A stretch of 63,506 bases of DNA, the filler included, from Octopus bimaculoides (Eukaryota), in NCBI RefSeq assembly GCF_001194135.2. It is 5 parts of 5 records of this genome, joined end to end, with 100 filler letters (N's around TTAATTAATTAA, not from the genome) between each part and the next. Parts side by side here need not be neighbours in the genome. Positions count along the whole stretch, not along the records: positions 1 to 28,436 come from NC_068987.1; 4 more parts are not named here. One strand, given 5' to 3'. Position numbers and translations under genes: made by a program. The notes under the pieces are model-generated. The model had not been told where the DNA came from. It made no database searches and saw nothing but the letters and a program-made list of their open reading frames with translations. Positions 13,860 through 27,330 of this stretch are shown piece by piece. Every line of letters starts with the position of its first letter. Within the stretch, counting starts at the first letter, position 1.

Positions 13860-15125
13860 TCATAACTACCATGCCAAGGAAACAAAGAAGAATAAAAACG
13901 TGGGGGGTTAAGCAGTAGAAGATGGTTGGGATAGAGTATCAGGTTGTACTGTTCCGAACAAATGCCATGTTTAGCTGCGGTTAGCGGACATGACAGCAAA
14001 GGCGTTACCGTGGAGAATGTCCAGCAACACTCGCTGCAGCAGCCACCCCACTTTGTGGAGCTCATTTCTCGGATTGGCTGCAGTTATTCTGAATTTGCGG
14101 TATCGGCAGTGTGGGGTCCGAGAACACTTAAGGTCTCGACGGCAACCGACACAAACTGCTAGCAGCTGGTCAGGCTCTGGTATCTAAAAAAAAATTTCTC
14201 TCTTCTGCGTTACGAGCAGCAATACTTGGGTTTGCGGACAATGCTGCAAGGCTAGAACCGGAAGACGTGTAGCAGTACGTCGCATCCCAGATATGCCTTC
14301 CTCACATGGGAAGAGCGTTATTCCATTGAGGCGCTTACCATCTCCACAATCAAGACCTACTAGTTGTGACGGGTACACTGTCCTTCTAATTGTCATTCAG
14401 AGTGGCTAGTTTGCAAGGTAATGGATGCAGGATGAATTCATCGAATGCCACTCCTCAGCAGCCTTTGTGCAGCTCACATACTCAGTGACTGAAACATTGG
14501 GGTTCCTCGATAACCATGCGCCGCCGATTTGCTGTGAATTAGTGCTGGTTTAAGAACGCCTCAATCCTTCCAAAGGCAGACTTGCATCTAATGTCGTCCC
14601 AGTTGCGTTGGACACCTGAATTTTGGGAGATAGCAAGACCTTCAATAGTCCAATCGGCTAGAGATGACTCCAGTTCCTGGGCTGCATCGGATTCGATCAT
14701 CCTCACCGATGAGAGTGCAACTATAGGGATAGAGGAAAGATTGGGTGGAGAGCCAGGTTCAATGCGAAACGAAGGCGAGGGCCACAGAATTTAACAGGTA
14801 GTTTGGCCTGTTGCAAGCTGGCGCATTCAAAACTGACATTGCACATCAATACAGTACAGGGCCGTCGATATCCTGAAGCGATCTGTGAGAGGATGACATG
14901 ACGCACTGTGCAGCAAGGAGAGGAGAATAGGCAGGGAAAAAGAATTCCTCAAGATGAATAATGCTGAGTGAGCGTCAATAAGACACTAGCTTGGTCTCCA
15001 AGCTTTCTGTTATGGCTTTCGGGAGGATTGGGAGGCCAAGAATGTAGTCGATGTCCTTTGGTGTCGGCCGAGAACCCCCACACCGCCAAAAACGAGCTGG
15101 AATTGAGCCTCACCGGAAATTCCTG
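13860..15125 (-). mobile_element. 5'-truncated, frameshifted CRE-clade non-LTR retrotransposon (RT C-terminus + restriction-like endonuclease)
   Basis: Minus-strand translation across frameshifts gives, in order: LGLPILPKAI, FSLPILLSLL, QQAKLPVKF.G..LR..LAL, QRNWDD, GLDCGDGKRLNGITLFP, IWDAT, RYQSL..FVSVAVETLSVLGP, WLLQRV..DILHGNAFAV. This matches CRE-type RT-thumb/REL motifs (DGKRPDG, WDAT, AVET.G..G, QRGNA). Confidence 0.85.
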
Positions 15126-15129
15126 CATC

Positions 15130-15450
15130 TGCATCTGAAGAAAGGACAGCTTCCTCCGAGGTTGTTGATTGATTTCCATTATGTTTGGTTCTCTTCTTTT
15201 GTTTATTTGTTGTTTATTTATTAGTCTATGCTTCCACACATGTTCTTGGCATCCAGTTCCAGATCTTCATATTTATCCAGATATGATATCAGAAGCTTTT
15301 TCTAAAGACTTAATTAGATCTACTTCGTTATTCAGATCATCTTCAACTCTTTGAAAAGCTTTGTTGGTATTGTTAAAACGTACAATGAAAATTCCGCATC
15401 TTAACCATTAGAACAGTTTCATGACAATCCATTCTCTCTCAATGTCTTGA
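15130..15450 (-). pseudogene. hAT (ZMYM1-like) transposase remnant
   Basis: RMDCHETVLM..IVRFNNTNKAFQRVEDDLNNEVDLIKSL..DKYEDLELDAK resembles the hAT segment RFN.TSK.LQ..D.DL...V.LI.SL. Confidence 0.55.
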
Positions 15451-16399
15451 GAGTGTCACTAATTTCTCAAAAGTGTTATCTGTTACTGATTCTTCATTAA
15501 CTTCTAAGTTTTCTCTTTCTGAAACACAGAAAATTTCTGCAAGGCGTTGTGTCTCTGGCAAGACAGTAGTTTGTTATCACTTTTCTTTGGAAAATTTCCT
15601 GGAGGCAGTTGAATATTCGGTGGTATACTGGATAATTTGCTTCAGTAAAAGCAAAGTAAAAATAATTTCAAAAATAAAAACAAACAGGAACTGATAATAG
15701 CCATATAAGCTCACTGCATTTAATCCAGCCACAGGCATACTAACCCAAGTAGTTTATATATACATTTGTTACGGTTACTTCTGGGGCTGATAAGAAGGCC
15801 TGCAGCTAAAGTAAATCAAATGTTAATAGAAAAGAGTTCAAGCGATTAACAGCAAATCGATTATTACAGATTAAGAATTTCGTTCCCATTGAATTGCTTT
15901 TATTCAAAAAGTATGTTTTACTTTCATGATGCCCTAAAAAAGAAGCGTTATAAACGCTTCTCAAAAATGATAGGGCTCAAAAGGAATTGTGTATTTCACA
16001 GAGCTTTGGAAACGTCAAATAATCATGTTACAGTATTTGAATTTACAGTTTTGTTAATAAAAATGGTGTCTGCAGATATGATGGATCAAATCCTTTTGTG
16101 ATAAAGGGAGTATTGTGAGTTATTTTGGATTACAATTAGTGACGTCCTTGAGTTTATTTTTTTATGTTTTAACATTTTCCCGATTTTATTTTAATCCACC
16201 TATTTACATCCAGTAACTTAGAGTAGTAGACATTCGCTGAAATAGCAAATGTTCAACCGAGATAGCTGTAAATTGGTGGTCATAGACAAATTGATAAATA
16301 GAAGAATAACAGCGGTAACAGTAACAACTACTAAGCCACTATCATCAGTGAATTTTTTTGCGAAAATAAATTGAAAATAACATCTCGAGAAATTGATTG

Positions 16400-16662
16400 A
16401 CTCTTTTACTCTTTTACTCTTTTAGTTGTTTCAGCCATTTGACTGTGGCCATACTGGAGCACCGCCTTTAGTCGAGCAAATCGATACCAGGACTTATCCT
16501 TTGTAAGTCTAGTACTTATTCTATCGGTCTCTTTTGCCGAACCGCTAAGTTACGGGGACGTAAACACACCAGCATCGATTGTCAAGCGATGTTGGGGGGA
16601 CAAACACAGACACAAACATATACATACACACACACATACACACATACATACATACATACATA
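16400..16662 (-). mobile_element. SINE B/C 3' module running into a gap
   Basis: Near-identical reverse copy of 12000-12207. Confidence 0.9.
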
Positions 16663-17797
16663 NNNNNNNNNNNNNNNNNNNNNNNNNNNNNNNNNNNNNN
16701 NNNNNNNNNNNNNNNNNNNNNNNNNNNNNNNNNNNNNNNNNNNNNNNNNNNNNNAATATTAGAATTTCTACTCTTGTCACCCTTTACACATCAAAAGATG
16801 CCATCGAGAGGTAGGTCCCAAAATGGCGCGCATTCTCTCCTGATGACCCATGAACTTGCTGGCATCCGGAATGCGGAGCTTTCGACTGGTAGCACTTGCA
16901 TGTGCAAGCTGTTTACAAAACATCTAATGAAACATTTAATTTATTTACCTACTTTTACATTTGCAAAAAAAAAAAGTAAATAAAAAAATTTTAACTACTC
17001 ATGTTACAAAATATAATGGCAGTTATCACTTTATTTTCATATATTAAAATAATTTAAAATTTATTTACAGTCAATGGTGAAATAATTTGGGTGAAATATG
17101 GTTTATCAGTATTCAATGACTTAGTTTATTTGAATATTTCATGTTATTGGCTACTCATTCAAATATTATTTTACCTACAATATTTTAAGCTCTTTTTTAA
17201 TTTTAAGTTTACTTCTTGTTCTGTATTTTCTCAGGTTTATAAAATACTTAAGAATATCCTTTGTTCGCATTTTTCATTCTAGCCTACTTTTGTTTTACAG
17301 GTGATGCAGAACAATTAATAACTTTTATTCTAATGATATAGTTATCTTACTTTATCATATTATTTCATTTCTTATTGATCAATAATTGATACCTAATCAT
17401 TTTTGTTAGAAATTCTAAATTGAATAGCACTTCCTCTACATTGAGTATTATGAAATCTGCCTATTTAGAATTAATTTTTTAATTAATATTTGTCAGAAAT
17501 AACAATTCGTAAAAAGAGAGCAATAATATGAAAATATAAAGCATTAACTATAAGCAATGAGGAATCAAATGAATTAGAAAAGAAGGTCGACTAAAAAACA
17601 AGACAATTATAGAATGGATTTTCTATTTGCCTTGTATTGACAAGTTGTCATTTAAGTGTCCGTGTAATTGCAACACATGTATTTATAACCGGCAATTTTT
17701 TAATGCCGAATAGCTGTTTTTCGCTTTTTATTGGGTTAGCAAGAAAAGAATCATCTGGTGGAGATCTTTCATTTGAACACAAATAAAGTATAGTTTG

Positions 17798-18061
17798 TGT
17801 TGTAACGTAATTTGTTACGTACAATAAGATAACCAGGCAACAGTAACAACAATGTAACGAACCAACAACTTCCTTTATGAACCAACAATCAATATACCTT
17901 GTGAACTACCCAACCGACACCTTCCGACTTCATGGCGAACTAACACGAACTTCACTCACACCGAACTCTGAACCTCTCGAACTCACTCGGATCATTATTA
18001 TTTATACTTTACTTAGACCAGTGTATCTCTTGTAAGTGGGCATCGTAAATTCATCACAACA
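17798..18061 (-). mobile_element. Solo LTR, 264 bp
   Basis: Termini TGTTG...CAACA and exact 5-bp flanking repeat GTTTG (17793-17797, 18062-18066). TATAAATA lies on the minus strand. Confidence 0.8.
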
Positions 18062-18779
18062 GTTTGCTTTTCAGATAGCTGAGATATTTTGATTTAAAGT
18101 CGATCTTAGGATTTACTTGCCAGTTGTTTGGCAATTTAAAGCTGTATAACTAAACTCGCCATTTGTTCAATGATAGTATTTATAGTTCGCCCGTACAGTA
18201 AAAAGCGCGCCAAAATCATACCGTTTACGCTTTAAATAGCCATGTGTGACCACAAATAATTATCTTTTTCGTCTTCGCCTGCAAAACCAGAGAGTGGTGT
18301 TCAAATTTGCGTTTTTTATACAGCAATCATTTTATGCATGTTGTACTGTATCTCATCCCGTTGTTTTTCTTTTTTTTTTTTGCTTTTGTTATTTGCCTTT
18401 AGGTTGTTAATTTTCCAGGTCTCTCTTTTTTGTAAGGTATTCGTTAAATTTTCGGGTCCTTTTATTTTTCGCAACATATTCGCCTTTAGTTCGTTAATTT
18501 CCAGGATAAACTGAAATTTACTTTCTGACAGTCGGCTATTGTTACTGTTCAGTGAGAACACTTGCTCTTTTATTTTCCCATTTTTTTTCATTAAAAGATT
18601 TATTTTCTGGTTCACGTTTTCCAATCATATTCCTCCAACTGTTGTGTACTCTTTTCTTTGACTTCGTGGAAAGATTTGGTCTCCCCTACAAAGTTTTGAC
18701 GACCATTTTGCAATTCTGTCTCGACATTTCTTTTATCTTGCAGACATCTTTCAGCAATGACTTCTCTTTCAGAACGTTC

Positions 18780-19890
18780 CAATACTTTACACTGCGCTGG
18801 TGCCATCCTCCGAGCCGGTTGCTCGATTAATCGATGATCTCCTGTGACAATATGGTGCTTCACACTACAGTAGAGCAATGATCCTGATTTCGGTGGGATT
18901 ACTGCCATCCGTAACACTTTCACTTCACTACCAGCAATAGTCCGATTTAACATATTGATAGGGACTAATCTTCCTTTAACCCACAGCTTCACGGGGCAGA
19001 AGTTCAGTTGACCCCCTTAGACGCCAAGTAGTCTAGACCTAAGAGACAAAGATATTCCCTCTCCTTCACGTAGACTGAAAGCACGACCTTTTGTTCTGCA
19101 ACTTCAATCAGGACATCAACTGGTCCTCTCAGTTCAGTAGAGTGCTTGGTAACGCTACACAACTACCACGATGACTCGGGCTCAATGCTGAAACATCGGG
19201 TCTCACAAAAGTCTGCTCCGAAGCCGAATTAATGACAAGGCGATACATCTGCTCGTCAATTCTATCATCCACTTGTACGGTGTCATTTACAGTCCTATTA
19301 CATCTTCTCGGGATTGGGGCTTCTTTGAAATATTCGTCTGGCAGTTGCCCTTTAACACCAGCCCCTTCTTGTTTTCCGATTCTCCTTTGTCTTTCGTTAG
19401 CTTCTTACTATTCTTCTTTCGTGTAGGGCAATCAAAGCAGATGTCCCTTTCCATACGTCCTACACTCTCTCCTAAGTGTGAACTTTTTCTACTGTCCTGG
19501 TTTGCTCTCACTCGAGGCTGTAACAATATTGCATATTGTGTCCTGGCTTCCCACAGTGCCAACAATTTGTTCCAACCATCTCCTGTTCTTCCTTTTACAA
19601 ACAGCTATCTCTGCTATGTTCGACCTTCTCGAAATACCAGCAACTTTCAGTAAATCTTCCTGTTTCATGTACTTTCCCCTTCCTTGCTTTGAATCCAGAA
19701 CTGTAGTCCACCTAAAAACTTCCTGTGCTAGACCTTACATACAACTTCAATTCCAGAGTTCTAGTCAATGCCTTTTGTTTCACTTGAACTTTGTTTCACT
19801 TAAACTTTGGCCTCTGCACTGCCTAAAGCGTCGAGAAACTGAAAAAGAGCCAAAAGTTCCTGGGCAAGCTTATATGATTCTCATCTAGCC
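18780..19890 (-). mobile_element. Decayed Ty3/gypsy gag-protease region
   Basis: QFLDALGS..LTRTLELK (gag), intact zinc knuckle CWHCGKPGHNMQYC and a degenerate second knuckle. Retropepsin motifs RLVINSASEQTFVRPD (degenerate DSG) and CLLGLDYL. Confidence 0.85.
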
Positions 19891-20256
19891 TTTACGGGGG
19901 CCGGAAATCGTACTCTGTACCAGTCAAATGAATATCAGACGTTACTCTCCCATTTTTGGCCCTACAGGTTTTATCATAACGCTTTCTCTTTCCTGAACCA
20001 AATTTCGATTATTTTATGTCAAAATGTCGCTTACCACTGGTTCATCATACTGCAAAATCCAAATTAAGATTGAGTTAAAACTGAGTTAGTGGTAAAGTGT
20101 CAAATTGGCCGCGTGTGAGTAAAAGTTGGCCTTAAGAATATTTTTCACACACTGCCATGTGTGACTGGTATATATATATATATATGTACATACATATATA
20201 TTTTTTACTGATGTGATGTACAAACATATATATATATGCATGCATACATACATGCA

Positions 20257-20295
<39 letters not shown>

Positions 20296-21272
20296 ATATA
20301 TATATATATATATAGGTGAGAAAGATTGTATGTGAAAGCACGTGGTTGGATGTATAAAAGATAAAAATGAGTGAAAAAACTACAGAAAGCTTGTGTTATA
20401 TGGTTAAAATATATATCTAAATCGTTATGTTAGAAAAAGGTTATAAAATTTTGAGTANNNNNNNNNNNNNNNNNNNNNNNNNNNNNNNNNNNNNNNNNNN
20501 NNNNNNNNNNNNNNNNNNNNNNNNNNNNNNNNNNNNNNNNNNNNNNNNNNNNNNNNNNNNNNNNNNNNNNNNNNNNNNNNNNNNNNNNNNNNNNNNNNNN
20601 NNNNNNNNNNNNNNNNNNNNNNNNNNNNNNNNNNNNNNNNNNNNNNNNNNNNNNNNNNNNNNNNNNNNNNNNNNNNNNNNNNNNNNNNNNNNNNNNNNCT
20701 GTGAAGCAGAAAACTAGAACATGTAGAACTTTTCTTCCCTAAGATTACAAATTCTTGAGTACAATATTTGTTCCTTGGTACGCATAATTATATCTTACTC
20801 GGATCATAAGTTAGGTAGAATTACTCTAAAAAATTAATATCTCCCTTCCAATATTTAAGTTTACGATTAAAAATAGTAATTGATCAGATTTAATCACTTT
20901 AATAAGTCTTCCTTCCTTCGGTAATTAATTGTACTTTAAATATTACACATTGCTACGTCAACAGATAAGTAGAAGAATTTGCTTTTTTCTCTGGGACCTC
21001 GCCCCTCATAACTTGCACCACAATCTACGTTGCACTTACAAGAACATGCGCATAGAAGATATAGAACTGCAGCGATTGGCTCGAAAAAGAAACTAAAATA
21101 GAATATGAGACAGAGAAGCTCAGAGAACAGTAATATATAATTAGCACTTTTTCAAATTTATAATGTGTTACTACAAATCAGGAAATCCAAGAAGTTCTCC
21201 CATAAAGAATTCTTTCACTACAATTCAGTGCTTGACGTGGGGAAAAAAAGCGACTTGCTGTGAAACGTTAAC

Positions 21273-24150
21273 ATGAAAATACGCGAAAGAACTCAGAAGT
21301 TAGAGTTGAGAAGAAAACAATGCGTCAATAAAGGCAAAACAAATCACAAGGCTGTAAGAAGAGAAGTGATGAATAATTTAAAAGCTGCAAAGAGAAAGGT
21401 ATGTGAAGCACAAGAAACAAGATTAATTACTTGAGACAGATCTCCGTTTATTATTACTGTAGAAATTAGCATGAACACAACACAAAAAAATATAAATCTT
21501 ATTAAGCCGAAAGAATCGCAGGAGTCTGATATAATACTCAACAAAAATACGTTTCCAGATGAAAATTACGGCGTCTGTCACTTTGATCCACGGATAACCA
21601 GTTTCGTAGTGCTAAACATGAAGGTTCATGGCTCAGTGGTGAAATTGTTGGGCTCACAATCATGTGGTGGTGAGTTCGATTTCTAGACCGGGATGTGTTG
21701 CGTTCTTGAACAAGATAGGTTATTTCCTGTTGCTCCATTTACCCAGTTGTGGACATGAGTTGCGACGTCACTAGTGCCAAGCTCTATCAGCCTTTGACAA
21801 CATCAGTAGCGTGGAGTGGGGAGGCTTGTATGCTTGGGTGACTGCTGGCCTTCCATAAACAATCTCGTAGAGGAACATTCTTGGTACAAGCCCATAATCA
21901 TTTATGACCGAAGGGGATTTTTACCCTTTACCCTAGTGATAAATATTTCTGGTTAGAGCGTCTCCTCAAATAGTAAATACTTTAAATGTTGCCACAACTG
22001 TAAAATCCTGTTATCTTACCAAAGAGAAACATTGCTGTATTTTCGTGTGAAGAACCAAAAGATTCACAGTCACAAACATATCAAAGACGATGAAACATCA
22101 TACAATGTACACGTTTACTTTTCTTCATTTGTAGTGACGTATCTGATGCTTCATGTTGAGGCTATAATGTTTTCGCGTACATAGGCAATTTTATAATAAT
22201 CAAACGAGTAATATGCATCTAGTTTGAGAACTTCTGCGATTTTCCTATCTTTAAGTAATTATTCGAAAATGGCAACTCATATTAAATTACGAAAGCAGAA
22301 TACAGCAAATACATCCGTCAAATTATAACTGCTTTAGATCCAATTATATAATCAAAGACTTCTTAAGTTACTCTGCATAAAATGTTCGGAAAAATTGAAA
22401 GTGAAGAATTCATCAAACAACAAAACTTATTATTCCAAAGCCAGTGGTCACTATATCGTTTCAGAGAGACAGAAGCCGAGACAAAAGATGTAATAATTTC
22501 CTATCTGTGGATGTAATGATTTCCTATCTGTGGACTACTGGCTGTAAACAGCTTTTTGAGCATTTCTCCTTTTTTACTCTTGAAGTCAAGAAATTCATGT
22601 CAACAATTTTAAATCCTTGAGTCCTTATTTTCATTCAATGCCTAAAATATTCAAAATTTTTGTGGACAACCAGAATGACAAGTATCGCGAACTGATTATT
22701 AACACTAGTCACACCAACATTGGTATGTTTCGATCCATGGTTGCACAAACAATAACAAAAAGAGAATACAGCCCTCTTCTGTAAAGTGGAAAATTATTTC
22801 AGAAATGACTTGTTGCTTGTTGCGGTTCAAACAAATAATTTCAATTATATGAGATATCTTACAGTTTAAACAATATTGAAGACTTGGTTTTGTAGCTATT
22901 GCCGCTGATGATGCGGCAACTCAATTCGTAGCGTTATTTTGATACCACCATTACAAACATCTACAAATAACTTGAGAAATCACTAACATGGTGTCACAGC
23001 TATGATAAGAAAATTTCATTATTCTGACACGCTATTGTTTCTAGGTTGAATTCAGAGGCAATTACTCACGGACGATCAGATATTGTGGCTATAATATTTA
23101 ATATAACATTATCATTTCTGAAAAGGCATATCAATATTCCATCAATTCCAGAAACGGAGATATTCTGATCATGTTGGCCGAAAAAGATAAATTTAATGAC
23201 ACAGGTAAAGATGCACAAATAATATGTGCAAAAACAATACACTTATAAAAAGTTTATGAAATCGTTAAGAATTGTATAATTCGCTGCGAAAAATTAAGAT
23301 GTACTCTACCATTATGAATGGAAAATAACAGTTATAGTAATGCTTCTTTAAGGATTTTGAAAAGTATATTGAGGCAAACACGGACGGATTTTCAATATAG
23401 GCAGCTAAAGTATGATGATGACCGTTCATCTGTCAAATTTTACGATGACCTCGCAACTGCCAAAGAAATATATGAAAAAGAAGAGAGGAGAAATAAAGAA
23501 GAAAGCAGAAGCTACTTCACTTATCATGTTCATCCACTGATGATCAATGAAGACAATGACTTCAACCATACGGCACAACTTCAAGCGACGTATCCTCGTA
23601 AGGGACAAGTGGACCACAAATGCTCTTGTCTAAAATACATCATCAGTACGCTTGACACAAGGGAAGTGTCGGCATTTCATTATCGCGAATGTGTGATATT
23701 CAATTTCAATGAAATATCCACTTTCTTTGGGTCCTGAAGTTTCAGTTATCAATGACCAATGAAGGCCAAGACTGATTACGCAGTACTTGAACAAGGGGCG
23801 TTATCATGTAGTGGGTAGGAAAAACCACAGATGCTTTTGTTTACACTACATATTCCATGCAACTGAAACTACGGAAGTGCCGGCATTTCATTGTTGTAGT
23901 TGTGCAGAACAACCCAGGGCCCACAACACAACTAATTTAGACTTAGTTGGGGATCTGTCAGTCAAATGCCATATAGTCTTAGTTGGTTCTAAGTGATAAA
24001 GAGCTGCACTCGTTCTCATACAATAAACTAACACATCAGACTCACGCGTCCTCACAAAATAAGCTTAGTGGCAAGGATAAAATGAAGACAACAGAGTTTG
24101 TACAACAATGCGAGAGTTTGCCAAAATGAGTGAAGAGATTTCCAAGCTTC
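21273..24150 (+). pseudogene. Candidate decayed intronless long ORF (helical/ankyrin-like repeats), interrupted by a SINE
   Basis: One frame has 1 stop in ~115 codons (21273-21617) and another has 2 stops in ~208 codons (23114-23737, including the 139-aa ORF). Motifs LLLVAVQTNNFNYMRYL and AITHGRSDIVAII look ankyrin-like. No microsatellites. Family not recognised. Confidence 0.4.
21618..21935 (+). mobile_element. tRNA/CORE-type SINE, family E
   Basis: A box TGGCTCAGTGG, B box GAGTTCGATTTC, CORE-like GTTCTTGAACAAG..TTGCTCC; tail TTTACCCTTTACCC. Confidence 0.7.
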
Positions 24151-25073
24151 ACAGTACCGTTTAACTTGGTATGTGTCCAACACATAGAATATCATTGCAG
24201 ATGTTCGTCCCTTATCATGGTTTCTGGTTCATCCTTACCAGTTGCCTTCAATGACCGCAAACTGTAAACCTCTAGAGATGATTGCTACTTCTTACTTCTC
24301 TCTCTAATTTGAAAGAAATGAAAATACGCCACTTAACATACACACAAATTTCATGTATACATGTATACATTCTTGAATGAACATTGATTCCCTGTTTTCG
24401 TATGTCCTTTGATATCCCAAATCACCCAACTCTCTTAGATATCTAAAATCCTCCTCACTAGGCAATCTTTTGGTGCAAGGAGGCTTAGTCGCCGCCTCCC
24501 CGATCTTGCAACAGGTGGTACAGAGTTACATGTTACCAGAAATATTTTGAAGTAATCTGACATTAAGCATTAAACAGGCGTTCACTGCTTTTTTACATCA
24601 ACAAAACTATTCTCTCATTCACCCGTATATTGATAATTTTATTTTCTTGTTCGTTAATGTTTCATGTTTTCTGAAATTCTTAACAAACAGTTTTTATTTG
24701 AAATTTTTGCCTTACTGCAAAATATTATAAATATTACTGTGAACCATTGTAATGCAATTCGTCTTATTCTGTCTAATTTAACTTAATTATAATCGTTTTT
24801 AATTATCATAGTTTTTCCTCAACGATCAATTCCTGTCTAATCAGTTTAAAATGCCGTTTTGATGATTCACCAAATAAATATCCCAACAACATTTATTAAC
24901 ATGTATAAATTATTGTGTTGTCTCACAGGTTTATTTCGGTTACATGAAACACAGAATAGCAGTTTGGGAAGCATTTCAGCTTCAATATATGTGTATATAT
25001 GTATATATATGTTTAAATATATTTTTTACATCAAAAAATTAGCAAAAGAATATAGCATGTAAATAGGTCAATT

Positions 25074-25108
<35 letters not shown>

Positions 25109-25210
25109 GTAATAAAATATTTTCAACGGATCCGTTTTGAGNNNNNNNNNNNNNNNNNNNNNNNNNNNNNNNNNNNNNNNNNNNNNNNNNNNNNNNNNNN
25201 NNNNNNNNNN

Positions 25211-25251
<41 letters not shown>

Positions 25252-25379
25252 GTGTGTGTGTGTGTGTGTGTGAGTGAGTGCGCGCAAGCATGCAGGGATG
25301 TAGGTATATATGTAGTTATATATACGTATACACACTTGTATAAATCAGTAGTCGGCGATGTAAAAACCAAGAATTCATG

Positions 25380-27330
25380 GGTCTGACAGAACTATACCAA
25401 GCACGTACATATTTAACGCTAAAGAATCTGAACACTTCCATACTAGAATATTACTGATTGTGAAGGGGAGACTCTATCGTTGCATTTCTGCGAACAGTGG
25501 ATACAATACAGTTATCTACGTAGATTTTAGAAAAGAATTTGAATAAGCAAAAATAATGAATGCGGTTAAATGTATAAATGTTTCATCCTGTATTTCTTCT
25601 CTAATCAGACATTTTATGTTTTGTTTTGATATGTTCAGTAAGTATTCCAAACACACCGTAAACTGAAAATTCTTGGGAAACAATGTAAAATGCTTGAAAA
25701 CTACTATTGAAAATACTGTATTACTGCATGGCCTAAAAGATTTGTTATTGAGGTAGCTGATCACAAAATTGCATTATATGATTTCAATCAAGGATGAAAG
25801 AAATAATGTCTACACAAATCTGCTGAATTTGAAGCACAAATCAGGAGGATTTAATTTTTGAATGTATGATCACTTCTGTCATTTAAGACATGACTGTTTA
25901 GAGTATTTTTTCATTGATATAGAAGGATTTCACAAGAAGCATCTCTACAATATCGCAACAATAAGTCCATAAGCAGGTCTTTCTACACTTCATGAATAAA
26001 TTAACACTGGAAACCTCTCAACCTATCTCTGTTATAACATGCTTCAAGTTTTCAAATTTGTTGGAATAGTAGATTAGATATTAGAATTCAATTTTTCTTT
26101 AAATATGAGGATTCTCACTTAATTTAATTCGTGATTCTCAGTGTCTTTGACTTTGGCAGCAAAATTTATAAACTACTCATTTTAAATGTTTCAGATCAGT
26201 TTTCTAAGGTTTATGAAGAATTCAGATTTCCTTACAAATTTATGATTCACCGCATTGTTCACTATACTTCCCGATCAATATATTATATTAATTCTGCAAT
26301 TAAGCTAACTCCAGCATCACAGATTTTTTTTTCGAAGAGAACATTTTCTCATTGCTTCAATTATAAATATACTAAGAGAGTCTGCACTTGAAAAGTGATG
26401 TACGCTGCGATAGTATTTAATGCGATAGCAAGATACTGTTTGACAAAGTGTAACCAAAGAAAGAGTAAATTAACATCACTTTGTTGTGTATATGTATCCA
26501 CAACAGGAAGCAATACTAATTAGAGATAATTAATACATTCGTGGGATGCCAATTAGGAAATAATTCTCGTTCGAAAATAAAGGATGTGAACTAAATTAGA
26601 ATAGGTCGTCCTGCTTACACGAAGGCAGTGAACAAAGACATGTGTCTTAATAATTAATTAATAACAAATCTTCTAATTTTATATCCACCTAATTAGTTTA
26701 TATCACAACAGATTATCATCAGAAACTGTGACAAAATTCATGGTAAACATGAAGATTTTGAGTGCGAACAGAAGCAAAAGGTTCCGCACACCACAGGTAC
26801 ATTATCTTATTACCACCCACTAAAAGAAAATGGGAATATTAAATATATCTGAAAGCTGCAGACTCTTACAGTTCGTTATTAATGTGTAGTCGATCAGACT
26901 GAGCATTGTGTATTTTGCATAATGCATAGTTAAAGGAAATATTTGGGTGAGAAATTCGAGTATTAATATCAGCAAGATTCCACGACTACAATTCGAGCCG
27001 TAGTCTTTCGAGACTTTTCATAGGAAACGCTTTAGTAAGGCAACTACTCAGGTGCTGAATCAAATGGCAGGTACTTCTGTTCAACTCACCGCAGAGAAAA
27101 TACAAAAATGTGCTGTGCGTGATGAGTAAGGTGTATATTCCCTAATAAAGACGCAGCAGCTGCAATCCATGCCCAGCTTCTGGGACTCCTGATCTTAATA
27201 TACCACTTTTCTCACGAGTGGATGGATTTGGTCTGCTTATTAAGCTTATGAAAACGAGCGCACTGGAACAGGTTACAGAAGCATCGACAACTACAAGATG
27301 GATGTCATACTTAAATTTACTTAACTCAGG
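25380..27330 (+). pseudogene. Second coding-like, repeat-free decayed segment
   Basis: Long plus-strand stretches with sparse stops (e.g. ILLIVKGRLY...HDCLEYFFIDIEG; ORF 26131-26391). Weak motif echoes of the 21-24 kb block. Confidence 0.25.
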
